From Octopus vulgaris (Eukaryota), in the NCBI GenBank assembly GCA_951406725.2, contig OX597820.1, forward strand, positions 57,908,001 to 57,972,000: DNA of 64,000 bases. The letters run 5' to 3'. The translations under genes were made by a program, and so were the position numbers. Numbering within the stretch: the first letter of the stretch is position 1; every line of letters begins with the position of its first letter. Below the pieces are notes generated by a model. It was not told the DNA's origin, searched no databases, and saw only the letters and a list, made by a program, of their open reading frames with translations. Below, piece after piece: positions 52,146-64,000 of this stretch.

Positions 52146-52870
52146 CCACCACCATCACCACCACTACTCCCCCACCGCCACCGACACTGTCACTTCAACC
52201 ACCATCATCACCGTCATCATCGTCATCATCACCGTCACGAACGTCTCTAACATCGTTGCAACCACCAACACCACCACCACCACCGTCGGTGTCACATATG
52301 CCACCACTGCCATAAGAACTATAACAACCATCGTCACAACTGCCATCACCGTCACCACCACCACCACCACCGTTATCGCAATCACACCACCATCATCGCA
52401 ATCACCACTACCACCACTATTATCACCACCATCAACACAACCACTACTACCGCCATCATCACAACCATCAAAACAACTATCATCAGAACCACCACCATCA
52501 CCACCATCGTCACAACCACCACCGCCTTCATCACAACTACCACCACCACCACAACCACTACCACCATCATCGCAATCAACATCACCACCACTACCACTAC
52601 CATCATCATCATCACAACCATCACTCCCACCATCCATCGTCACACCACCGCCATCATCACAACTACCACCATCACCACAACCACTACCACCATCATCGCA
52701 ATCAACACCACCACCACTACCACTACCATCATCATCATCACAACCATCACCACCACCACCATCGTCACAACCACCACCGCCATCATCACAACTACCACCA
52801 CAACCACAACTACCACCATCGTAATCATCACACCACCATCATAACCACCACCACTATCACCTCAACCACA
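52146..52870. repeat. (ACC/ATC)n low-complexity array with a higher-order ~115-120 bp repeat
   Basis: Repeated block catcacaactaccacc..catcatcgcaatcaac..catcatcatcatcacaaccatcac. Confidence 0.9.
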
Positions 52871-53555
52871 ATCATCCTTATTAAACAATCAGCAACAAAT
52901 ACTGTATCACCACCGCCACGCCATTACGATTTATTTTTATCGAAATTATTATTCTAGCAAACGAAAGTGCGTCTTCGTGGTTGCTTAAACTGCTAAAAAT
53001 AGTGGCCAAGCCTCCCTGAAAAAAATTATTTGTAATTTATCTCAATCACGAGGAAATGCAGTACGCGCATAACCCTAAATCCTCCGAAACTGGTGTGAGT
53101 GAGGTCAGTCTCCTATGGAGGTCTGGCGGGAATATTTGCAACAGAATGGACTTGGTTCTAGGCAATCAAAGTGCTAAGCAGTGACAGATTCAGTCAACCG
53201 TCCAAATCGGCCAGGGTAGTGCTTGAGCTCAGAACTCAGACGGCATGGCTGTGTGATTAAGAAATTCGCTGTGCAACTACGTTGTCTCGTGTTCAGTTCC
53301 TCAGCAAAGCATTTGGGCAAGCGTTTTCTACTATGGCCTCAGACCGACCAATACCTCGTGAGTGAATTTGGTCGACGGAAACTGTGTGGAAATCACTCAT
53401 TTGTCCTGTGTCTGTATATACATATATATATAGTCAGTCACTGCGAGGGTATATTAAGGATGATGTCATCCAAGTTACACTAGTTTAATAGCTTATATTG
53501 TTGAGAAATATCTCAACATAATATTTGATATTTATGATATCCTTATTATTTAAGT

Positions 53556-53861
53556 AAGAAAATAGAGAGTTTATAGGGATGAAAATTAATTTATTAACAT
53601 ATTGTTAATTAGGCCTATAATTGCTTCAATCTACACCCAATACAAATTACAAATACTCTATGGAGAAACTCAATTGATCAACATGTAGTTTCTTTAATGT
53701 CCATTGACCCTGATGATATTTTACTCTAAATCTTCAAAATGCAAACTGATTTTATTCTATAGGTTTGTAACTTGTATTGGGTGTAAACTGAATCAATAGT
53801 AGGCTTAATTAGCAAAATGTGAATAAATTAATTTATATCCATTTAAACTGTCCATTTTCTT
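53556..53861. repeat. Old fold-back, ~120-bp arms
   Basis: tacacccaatacaaattacaaa pairs with tttgtaacttgtattgggtgta, plus flanking matches. Confidence 0.75.
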
Positions 53862-54229
53862 AATAATGTTATGTATGCTAACCTTAAGCTATAAAACAGC
53901 CTTTTGTCCCCAAAAAGTTCTTTTTTATAACTTCTGCGGACGGCTTGAAGTTTACTATCTTCCTACATCTGGATCTTTGGATCTTACCATTCCATATGTT
54001 CATATTCCCACATTTCCCTTTATTTTTATTCACACATTTCCCTTCGTACTTCCTAAAAATAACTTCTTATATTGAACTCTACTATTTCATTCTATTCAAC
54101 TCTCTCATATCGTCTCTGATGCTGGGGTATCTTTTATATACTTGAAACAGCTGTAAGACTACCTTTCTTTTTATAAATATCCTAGAAATTTCACACTGCC
54201 TTGGCTTTGTTGTCTCCGACGTATATATA

Positions 54230-54286
<57 letters not shown>

Positions 54287-54287
<1 letters not shown>

Positions 54288-54524
54288 TGATAAAAATGGT
54301 AAGACAACAAAAGAATGAAAGAGACCTTGATATTATGTAAATAGAAGAATTTATCTGTATGTAAATGTAATATGTGACAATTATTCGGTAGCCATGATAA
54401 AAAATGCTATATAGCATGTTTTCCGATGGCCGGATAACTGAAGCGATGGCGGCGTGGATTTCCACCCCGGCATCCGAAATTCGGAGTTTAATCATGGCTA
54501 CCGAATAATTGTTACATATTACAT
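54287..54524. mobile_element. Fold-back element with a decayed hammerhead (relative of the 42140 motif)
   Basis: Arms 54365-54398 and 54492-54524; ataa CTGA-AG..ggcatcc GAAA ttcggag TT. Confidence 0.65.
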
Positions 54525-54577
54525 ATACACACACACACACACGCACGCACACACATGCACACACACACACACACATA

Positions 54578-54940
54578 TCTCTCTATATATAAACGGCAAA
54601 ATATCTGTGTGCGTGTCCTTTATACAAATCCACAATCTTCCAGTTAGAGGGCCCGCACTTTCTATGGTCATTCAAAACCATCCAAGGGTGGTCGTGCACA
54701 TCTTTACATTTCCCCAGTCACCCCGCAAAGCCATTAAAAATCAATAGAAGTGACTTTTTTGTGAATTTTTTATCCAAAATCCAATCAAAATGCCCGAAGC
54801 TTGATACGCCAATTGAATGCGATCTAACTGTATGTGATTGGTTGGAGATTTGGACAGAACTCGCGTGTATGTGCGCACGCATGCAGCTGTATATGCATGC
54901 ACTAGCACTATGAACCGGCGTTGCTGGGTCATAGTGCTAG
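54578..54940 (+). mobile_element. Non-autonomous Helitron
   Basis: A|TCTCTCTATATATAAAC start; ends ACTAGCACTATGAACCGGCGTTGCTGGGTCATAGTGCTAG|T. Confidence 0.78.
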
Positions 54941-55047
<107 letters not shown>

Positions 55048-55845
55048 GGTGCGCTTCTTTCAGTTTCCGTCTACCAAATCCATTCACAAGGCTTTGGTCT
55101 GCCCGGAGCTATAGTAGAAGCCACTTACCCAAGGTACCACGTAGTGGGGATTAACCCGGAACTATGTTGTTGTGTGCGTGTGTGTGTATATGCAGGTGTG
55201 TGTACCACTATTACCACCAAGGTAAGTATTACCACAGCTAAGCACAAGATAACTAGCACACAAATGGCTTCTTGCACCATCACCATCATCGTTGGAATTA
55301 TCATCATCATCATCATCACCACTATAATCATCGTCGATGTTGTCGACGTCATCTCAGTCGTCGTCGTCGTCGTCGTTCTCGTCGTCATCATCATCATCAT
55401 CATCATCATCAAAACCACTATTTCTTGTCGTCAAAATCAACCTAACCATCAAAACCACTACCAAAACTAGAGCCTTTGTATCTAACCGATCTACGCCACC
55501 ACCATCAACAGCACCAGCGACATCACCGCTGCCACTACCATTCTCATTACCCACTTCTACCAACAAAACTACCAACGTCCCCATCACCGCCACCAGCACC
55601 ACCATTTTCACTAACCCCCCCAGCTCCAGCAGCAACGGCAGCACCGACATCACCATCAATCACTGTAACTCGATTCTACGAGCTTTAATTGAACCAATCT
55701 GTATTTTGGCTGACTTCAACAGCATTCCTAGAATTTTATTACCACTACTTCAAAGATTACACGCACATACACGTACACACGAACGCACACACACACACAC
55801 ACATATATAAATGCATACACACACAGATATACATGCATATATGTT

Positions 55846-55902
<57 letters not shown>

Positions 55903-56046
55903 TATATGTATAAGTATATATACGTATTCGCAGATATATACACGCACGTACACGTCTATACATGCTACTTGGTTATACATATATTCATTACAGATATAGT
56001 CAGATTCACACACTTAAAACACACGAAAACAAAGGCATACGTCCAG

Positions 56047-56084
<38 letters not shown>

Positions 56085-56220
56085 CATGCGCACACACACA
56101 CACGCACATATATTTACATATATATATACATATATACATATACATATATACATGTGCATATATATGTATATATACATACATACATACATACATGCATACA
56201 TACATACATACATACATACA

Positions 56221-56254
<34 letters not shown>

Positions 56255-58208
56255 CATACACTTGTGGAAGTATATGTATACGTATATGTATATATCCATA
56301 TACACAGCATAGGCTTACTCGTAGGAAGAAGAGTATTCGCAAACTTACAGAATATCTTTGTACTTCGAGAAGTCGATTTAAATATATTAATTTATTTTAG
56401 CAGTAGTTTACTCGTTTACTGCTGCTATTACTGTTATCTCTGCACAATAAGTGAAAGAAAATTTGTCTTGAAGAAACGATTTAAAGTAAGGAAAGAGTTT
56501 AGAACGAAGATAAGAGCCAAGCGAATAATGAAAAAAAAAAACAAAAACAAAACGATGAAAATAATTTGGAGGATTTGGAGTTTTAGAATTCAAAGAAAAA
56601 CAAAACAAAGCTAAGTAAATTTATCAGTATTTCGTAGTTTAGTTCCAAATGTTGGCCGTTTTAAGTTCATGTGTAGTAAAATTCTGACCGTGTACATATT
56701 TTACAATGCATACACTGGAGTTTAAAAGCTAACAGAGTTTCGATGAATGCTTAATATGGAAGTAAACTTTAGAAATATGCCCCTCAAAATGAGAGAATTA
56801 ATAACGAAATTATATGTTGGAAAAACGGTAACAAAGAATATAATGGCCGAAAATTGGGAAAATAAAAACTGTTGGAAAGAATTGTTGAAAAATAGACCAT
56901 TGAAAAAACTGTCGAACGACATTAAGACTGAGAATGAAAGAAAAATATGGGCAGTCTAAAATCAATTAAAAACCTATTAAATATTTATGAGAATACTAGT
57001 TTTACTATTAGAGTACTGAAAAATACTATAAAGTTATAGGTTTCTGGAAAATGCTATTAAATGAGATACGGAAAACGGAGGAAAAATAACTTCAATAGCC
57101 ATTTAGAATGTTAAAATGGAATTACGAGCGTAGCAAATATTTGCCTAAATTCGAAACTGCAACTTGTTATTTCTGAATAATAATAATAATAATAAAAAAA
57201 CAGACTTTAAATACACTGATAATGTCATCAATAAGCAAGCCATTGTAAGTTGTGAAATAACCATCAAATAGACAAATGACGTCTGCAATAAGCTGATCTT
57301 TGAATGCTGTGGAATACACATTGCACAGAGTGATGAAGTCAGCAATAAACTGACCAATGAAGGCTGCCGATTCCGACGAACAAGTGCAGAGAAAATCTCT
57401 TACCAGTACACCTACCTGTTAGATTCCTTAACACCGGACTTGAACGTGAACTATCTGTACCCGACTTAGAACTGAACTATGACATTTCAAACTCGCATTT
57501 ACACTCCCTCTAATCCCATTATCTATGTCCCCTCTTTAACTTTCTCGCTCTCTTATCTATCTATCTATCTATCTATCTATCAATCTATCTTTCTTTCTCT
57601 CCCTGCTGCTTATCTCCCTATCTCTCTCGCTCTCTCCATCTACCATCGAGGATGCTTGGCTTGGTCAATGGTGGGAAAGCAGAGATGCTATCTACGCCTG
57701 CTCGGGACTACTTCAATAAAATCAATCAGTGAAGGAATGCTGTATACCAGCTAACCAACAACCCACATTTTGTTTTTACGCCACGCTTAAAGTTCCATCA
57801 CATTGTTGTACAATTTTGGATACTATTTCAATTGTGGATTACCCAACAACAATCAACTTTTCTTCATCGATTAATTCTGTTCTATGATAATGGATTAATC
57901 AACTGTCTGTTTTGCGGTATTCTATCTAGCTTATTTGTGGTGTACCTCGATCCTTTATGAATCCCTTGCTTTCAAGACCATAGACATGTGCGTGTATGTG
58001 TGTGTACACGCGCGTGTGCATATGTGTATTATGTACGTATGTATATCTGTATGTACATACGTATGAATGTTCTCTTAATTTTAGAGTAAATTTTGACCGG
58101 CCACCTACTTGGAAGCAATGTTGGGAAGAAAAGTATCTTGCTTTAACAATAGTCCTTTTACTTCTTAAGGTGCTGTAGATTTTCATAGTCTCAGATATCG
58201 TGCTCATT

Positions 58209-58285
58209 GTATGTATGTACGTATGTATGTATGTATGTATGTATGTATGTATGTATGTATGTATGTATGTGTGTAAGCATGTGTG

Positions 58286-58317
<32 letters not shown>

Positions 58318-58421
58318 TGTGTGTGTGTATGCATGCATGTATGTATGTATGTATGTATGTATGCATGAATGTATGTGTGTGTAAGCATGTGTGTGTATAT
58401 ATATGTATGTATGCATATATG

Positions 58422-58453
<32 letters not shown>

Positions 58454-58847
58454 TGTATGTATATATGTATGTATGTATGTATGCGTGTATGTATGCATGA
58501 ATGTATGTGTGTATATGTATGTATGTATGTATGTATGTGTGTATGTATGTATGTATGTATGTATACGAGCGAGTAAGCAAACGAAACAAAGTGGTACGCA
58601 ATAAATTTGATTAAAGTTCTACGTAGATTATGGCAGTCTGGCTCAGCTTCGCGTTACTTAATGTTTCAAGGACATAGGACACTTTGACCCCCATCAGATG
58701 TTCAGAGACAGAACATCCGGTGAGGTTGCTGTGTCCAATGTCCATGAGACTTTAACGAAGAGCCGAGTCAAACTGTTACACACACACACAAAACATACAT
58801 ACATTCATATATAAATACATACATACATACATACATACATACATACA

Positions 58848-58881
<34 letters not shown>

Positions 58882-59055
58882 AATACATACATACATACAT
58901 ACATATATAAATACATGCATACATACATACATACATACATATATAAATACATACATACATACATATATAAATACATACATACATACATACATACATACAT
59001 ACATACATACATACATACATACATGTACAAATGCATACATACATATATAAATACA

Positions 59056-59089
<34 letters not shown>

Positions 59090-59100
59090 CATACATACAT
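58209..59100. repeat. Two long (TATG)n/(CATA)n arrays in opposite orientation around a ~230-bp unique spacer
   Basis: 58209-58565 is (TATG)n; 58793-59100 is (CATA)n. Confidence 0.9.
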
Positions 59101-59473
59101 AGTGGAAGCCAAAATGTTACGGAGTAAGACCTCTTCCGGAATTCAGTAACACCATGCAAACGTTCCGAGAGTCCAAGAATTTCCCTTGCGGAAATTTGCT
59201 CTTTGTGAATAAAATATTGCACAGCACTGAGTCCGTCTTTCAACGCAATTAGCCATAAAATCAGTGGCACAAGAGAGGTTGAGACGAGCAGAAACCAATC
59301 GTACTTCAGGTTGTTTTTAAATGGGTTTACCTTCTCCTAGAACGAAACTCTTACGAGACGTAAGAGTCTTTTACTCCCAGTGGCTCGCATGCTAATTAAT
59401 CCATAGCTGGGATCATAAAAGATACTACTACACCAGGTCAGATTAGACCAGGGAATAATAGTGGCTAAGATGT

Positions 59474-59526
59474 GGTTCCAGTTCCTCGGTTCCAGTTCCA
59501 GTTCCTCGGTTCCAGTTCCAGTTCCA
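59474..59526. repeat. (GTTCCA)n-derived 21-bp minisatellite
   Basis: ggttccagttcctcggttccagttccagttcctcggttccagttccagttcc. Confidence 0.9.
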
Positions 59527-60396
59527 TGGAACTCCCAAACAGATCTCCGCAACCGGATGCAGTTTTAAGTCGTAGCTAGGACATACAATTATACATAGAT
59601 GCATGTACAAACACACACACACACACACAACTCATTGTTTGGTACCTGCTCAACCCTGATCCCATAAGCCTATGATCAAAATATTCTTGCTTTCACCCAA
59701 CGTATCTAGGAATTCTGTAAATAATTTGCCCTTCGTTTTGTTGAACGGTAAGAGATGGATTGTTGGGGAATTCGACAATTATTTCTAGCAGACATGGTGA
59801 CCATGTAACAGATCTACCGCTCTATCATTTGTGTTATATATCTGCCAATGTCAATATTTTTGTAAACAATCCCAAAAAGTGGGCCTTGTATTTGTTCGAC
59901 AGCCATTCTTCGGCGGGAGACGAGCTATGTATATGTATATATATATATATATATATTTTTTTTTTTTGCTGACTGAGTAGCAAAACATACAATTAATTAG
60001 AATGCTACGCATTGCCTTCTTATTCGTTTTGAATGAGAATCAAGCATTTACATGTTTATCAGGTTACAGAAAATCTACTTTATTGCAAATATGCCTCATC
60101 ATTCATCGAGAATTTGGTCCGTAAATTAGCTAACGCAGTTTAGGTTATTATCACACCTACTGTCTTACATAACAAAATAATCTTTCCCTCCCGTCTACTA
60201 TTTACTTGGCAGCAGAGTCACGTTGTTGTCATAGAATCTCTTCGTAGTTAAGTAAGTAGTGGATGCCAAAGTTGTGATACGATGAGTGATACATTGAATA
60301 GTAATGGATGTCTGTGTGATAATCATGTCTATGTGTTACATAATGTGTGTTATCCATTGATATATTGTGGGATACCTGAGCGTACTATTATGTGTA

Positions 60397-60617
60397 AGGT
60401 GGTGAGCTGGCAGAATCGTTAACACGCCAGACGAAGTACTTGCCAGCTTTTCGTCCGGCTTTACGATCTGAGATCATATTCCACCGAGGCGGACTTTGCT
60501 TTTCATCCTTTCAGGGTCGATAAAACAAGTTCCAATCGAGCACGGGGGTGGGGGTGATATAATCGACTTGCCTCTCTCTCTTCAAAATTGCTAGCCTCGC
60601 TCTAAATTAAGAATAAT
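60397..60617 (+). mobile_element. SINE family B
   Basis: aaggtggtgagctggcagaatcgtt...ctttgcttttcatcctttcagggtcgataaaa. Confidence 0.85.
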
Positions 60618-60629
60618 TATTGTGTAATA

Positions 60630-60762
60630 GACGCAACTATGGCTATGTGGTAAGTAGCTTGCTTACCAACCACATGGTTCGGGGTTCAGTTCTACTCCTC
60701 AAAGCCTTGAGAGTGAATTTTTAAACAGAAACTGTAAGAAGCCTGTCGTGTATATATATATA

Positions 60763-60812
<50 letters not shown>

Positions 60813-61022
60813 TGTGTGTGTCTGCGTTTGTCTCCCCACCGTCGCTTGACAACCGATATAGGTATGTTTACGTCCCCCCAACTTAGCGGTTCGGCAAAAG
60901 AGTCTGATAGAATAAGTACTAGGCTTACAAAGAATAAGTCCTGCGGTCGAGTTGTTCGACTAAAAGCGGTGCTCCAGCATGGCCGCAGTCAAATGACTGA
61001 AACAAATAAAAGAACAAAAGAA
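60630..61022 (+). mobile_element. SINE family A
   Basis: tggtaagtagcttgcttaccaaccacatggttc...ggcggt/gcggtgctccagcatggccgcagtcaaatgactgaaac. Confidence 0.9.
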
Positions 61023-61192
61023 TATTTATTCAATAATAGTGGATGCCGCGGGTGCCCATTTCTGTTATAATGTGTTATACTATTCGCACTACATTCAGTA
61101 ATGAATACCTATTAATGGGATATTCTGAATGATACTATTATGTGAAATATATTCAATTGCAGTGATTGCTATTTGTTTTATATAATGTATTG

Positions 61193-61320
61193 TACGAAGG
61201 TTCCTTGAAATGTTCATAGGCTGACCAAGATTCTCTTATGGAATGTGAATGAGATTTATCTCTTAACATAGTCCCCTTGCGGTTCACACACATCTTTCAC
61301 ATCGGTATTGCAGTACTTGT
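61193..61320 (-). mobile_element. Mariner 3'-end remnant
   Basis: TACGAAGGTTCCTTGAAA TIR-like end; - strand reads CEPQGDYVKR*. Confidence 0.5.
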
Positions 61321-62199
61321 GTTAAAAGCCTTAAAATTTCGTTCTGACAATGCCTACAGTCATAGCGTAGTGAATAAAGGCGCTGAAACGCAGTACAGTC
61401 ACCTACAGGTTCTGAGTTCAATCCCTGGTTAAGGCACTAAGGGGAATCACAATTACCCGAAGAAGGGTGAAGCGTAGTGAAAGCAACAATGAAGATGGGA
61501 ACATGACTAAATAAAATGAGTATGACGTGGTAAAAAGCGAGATTTTTTCACTAATTGCTTTATGCCATTAGTCTATCCAGTTGCAAGCAGTGGAAAACGT
61601 TCTCTCAGATCCCTCACACTTATGCCAGCGGCGCATGCAATATGGGACAATTACAAGCAAAGAATCCTGCACCAGCTCTCGACTCAAACTAGAGCAACGT
61701 GAAATTAAACAAAAGCATCAAGAATACAAAGTTTCACCTGATCCAGATATTGAAACCCGGATCTTCTGATCATAAGCTGAACACCCTAATCTCTAAGCCA
61801 TGCGCCTTCATTCATTCCTTCATACATATATACACACATACATATTGTGATTGAATCCAACCTATTCTTGAACATTGTCAGGATTTCTTAGCTTAAGGTT
61901 TGCTTGACAATGGTGTCTAGTGAGGTTGCTCTTAAATCCAGCCAGCAACTTGTACTGCGAGATGAACATTTCAACATATTCGATAAGCTTTGTTTATTTC
62001 AGCGACATGCCTCTCAGAACAACATATGTTGTTACACATAGCTTTACAGTATCATGATATACATGACACCACTCACGGCAAAGTAATTCTACCTTTGAAC
62101 GGCATACATGACCTCAGGCCTTGCATTACAGGGAATGGGGTTTTCTACAGCCTTTTTTCTCCTGCCTCTATATATTTCGCAGAATGTTACAGTTGAGCA

Positions 62200-62360
62200 T
62201 AAGCTATTTACTTTGGTTTTAAACGTTCTAAACTCTTCAACATCACAGGAAATCGCACTTGCCTGCTGGTCCTTGTTTGAAGCATGATCTTCCCAGGTAT
62301 TGATGTCAATGATGGTTTTCATCAATGCATCTTTCAGAGAGTCTTTATAACTTTCCCTGG
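62200..62360 (-). pseudogene. RTE/BovB-like LINE C-terminal fragment
   Basis: YKDSLKDALMKTIIDINTWEDHASNK resembles the RTE motif YKDTLKxxLKxxxIDxxxWExxAxDR. Confidence 0.6.
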
Positions 62361-62986
62361 TTCAGCTCGGAATACATCACCTGTTTTGGCAATCGAATAC
62401 CCTCTAGACACACAATATAACAAAACCATCTCTGTCGTTGGTGCAGTATCATAGATTCCACAGTTGTCATATGAACGCGTTTGCCAGTGGCATAAAGATT
62501 TTCAAGAGATTTTCATAATGAGGCACAGGGACAGCTGGTGGAAACGATTCAGACGGGGAAGATGTCTGCTATACGTTGACCATGTTCCACAGCCGTATCA
62601 CGATATTCCTCAGGCACGTGCACATGAATATAATTCATAAGTACATATACACCTGCGTCGTATATGAATACATGGAAACAAGAAATAAGAATGAAATACC
62701 TGATGCTTAAAGGTTGCAGGGATACATGCGAAAGGTATAGGCACGACAACCGATGCAGACTCGAATACAATCTGATGACCTGGAATGGGAAATTGAGAAA
62801 TTCAAATGGCTACATGTGAGATGTTAGATGCGATAACTCAACGCGCGCACACACACACGCACACACACATACAGACACACACACATACATATATATAAAT
62901 TGACAGACAGATATACATATACATACATGCATGCATACATATATATATATATAGACATACATGCATATAAACCTATATAAATGCAT

Positions 62987-63027
<41 letters not shown>

Positions 63028-63437
63028 CATACATATATACATATATAAAGTACATGTATATATGTATATATGTGTGTGGTAATATATATATAAATGAATT
63101 GGCGCATTTGTCAATAATTATGCACGCATATATCTATATGCTCATGTCTATGTATATAAAAGATTTCCGCACTGTACCCGTTGACTTAACTCGCTAGTCG
63201 ATTCATTTCCACTGCGTATGCTAGACAGATGGGTATAGAAGTGTCTGGAATCCATTCCTCCTGTGTGGGAGTATGTGTATATGAATGTATGAACGTTGTT
63301 ATATACTGATGTATGCTTGTATAATGTATGCGTTTCTGCGTTAATGTATTGCATTTCTGCGTTTTCTTTCTGAACCTCTCTGCTTGTAGACCTGCTTACA
63401 TACATACATTCTACCAGATGGTCACAGACTGTATATA

Positions 63438-63482
<45 letters not shown>

Positions 63483-63639
63483 TACATATACGTATTTATA
63501 TGGAAATAGTCTGTGTATTAGTGTTTTCTTGTATGTGTGCTCCATTCCGCGCAGAACGCTTTGTGTGTTTTTGGTAGAATTTAAAATGCAAACTATATAC
63601 GAGCAAAGGTTGCTAGTTTTAAGGTTATCACGAAAGGCC

Positions 63640-63798
63640 TTGCTGGAGGTTCAACCTTCCGAGTTCTTTTACAGGGATTAGAAAAACTGCAATAAGTGTG
63701 TGAATCGGAGAGGAGAATACTTTGGATAAAATCACAATTAACTGATCATCTGTATTTTCTTTTACCTAAAGCCAGGAACTTTTCAACACCACATCGTA
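63640..63798 (+). mobile_element. Mariner 3' remnant, same family as 3890-4093
   Basis: aattaactgatc..ttttcttttacc.aaag.caggaacttt..cacc..tcgta is shared. Confidence 0.7.
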
Positions 63799-64000
63799 TA
63801 TGTGTCTCAGAATATTTTCGAAGATATGAATGTTTACGTGTGTATATGCTTAGATGTGTGTGTGTGTGTGTGTGTGTACTTAGGTGTGTGCTTAATTAGT
63901 ATATATGCTTGTGTGTGTGCATACTTCAGTGTGTAAGTGCCTTTACTTGTTTACGTATAATGTTTTATTTACTGTACTTAATTGAGACGTCGTTTTATAA

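Noticed and set aside
52164-52831. Gly/Asp/Cys-rich and Val/Met-rich ORFs
   Set aside because: Translations of the (ACC/ATC)n array in multiple frames
59474-59526. CRISPR-like short repeats
   Set aside because: No unique spacers; eukaryotic minisatellite

Overview
AT-rich, microsatellite-saturated eukaryotic DNA with no recognisable host protein-coding exon. It looks intergenic or intronic, and its tRNA-derived SINE families point to an Octopus/coleoid cephalopod genome (inference). Most listed ORFs are translations of (TA)n, (CA)n, (TACA)n or trinucleotide repeats. Recognisable content: many SINE copies in at least 3 families; one near-full-length DD34D mariner pseudogene plus several mariner deletion derivatives; Tigger/pogo and maT-like transposase relics; RTE-type LINE fragments; and two non-autonomous Helitrons. 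The most striking signal is a dense set of non-coding elements, mostly embedded in (TA)n, that carry hammerhead ribozyme (HHR) motifs of the Penelope-like/retrozyme type. Many are arranged as fold-backs, including a 407-bp-arm palindrome. Four copies in three diverged loci show a hammerhead-like motif whose strands are in a non-circularly permuted (pseudoknotted) order, and two fold-backs carry a tRNA-like sequence where the ribozyme usually sits. All base-pairing was read by eye; no folding or database search was run.
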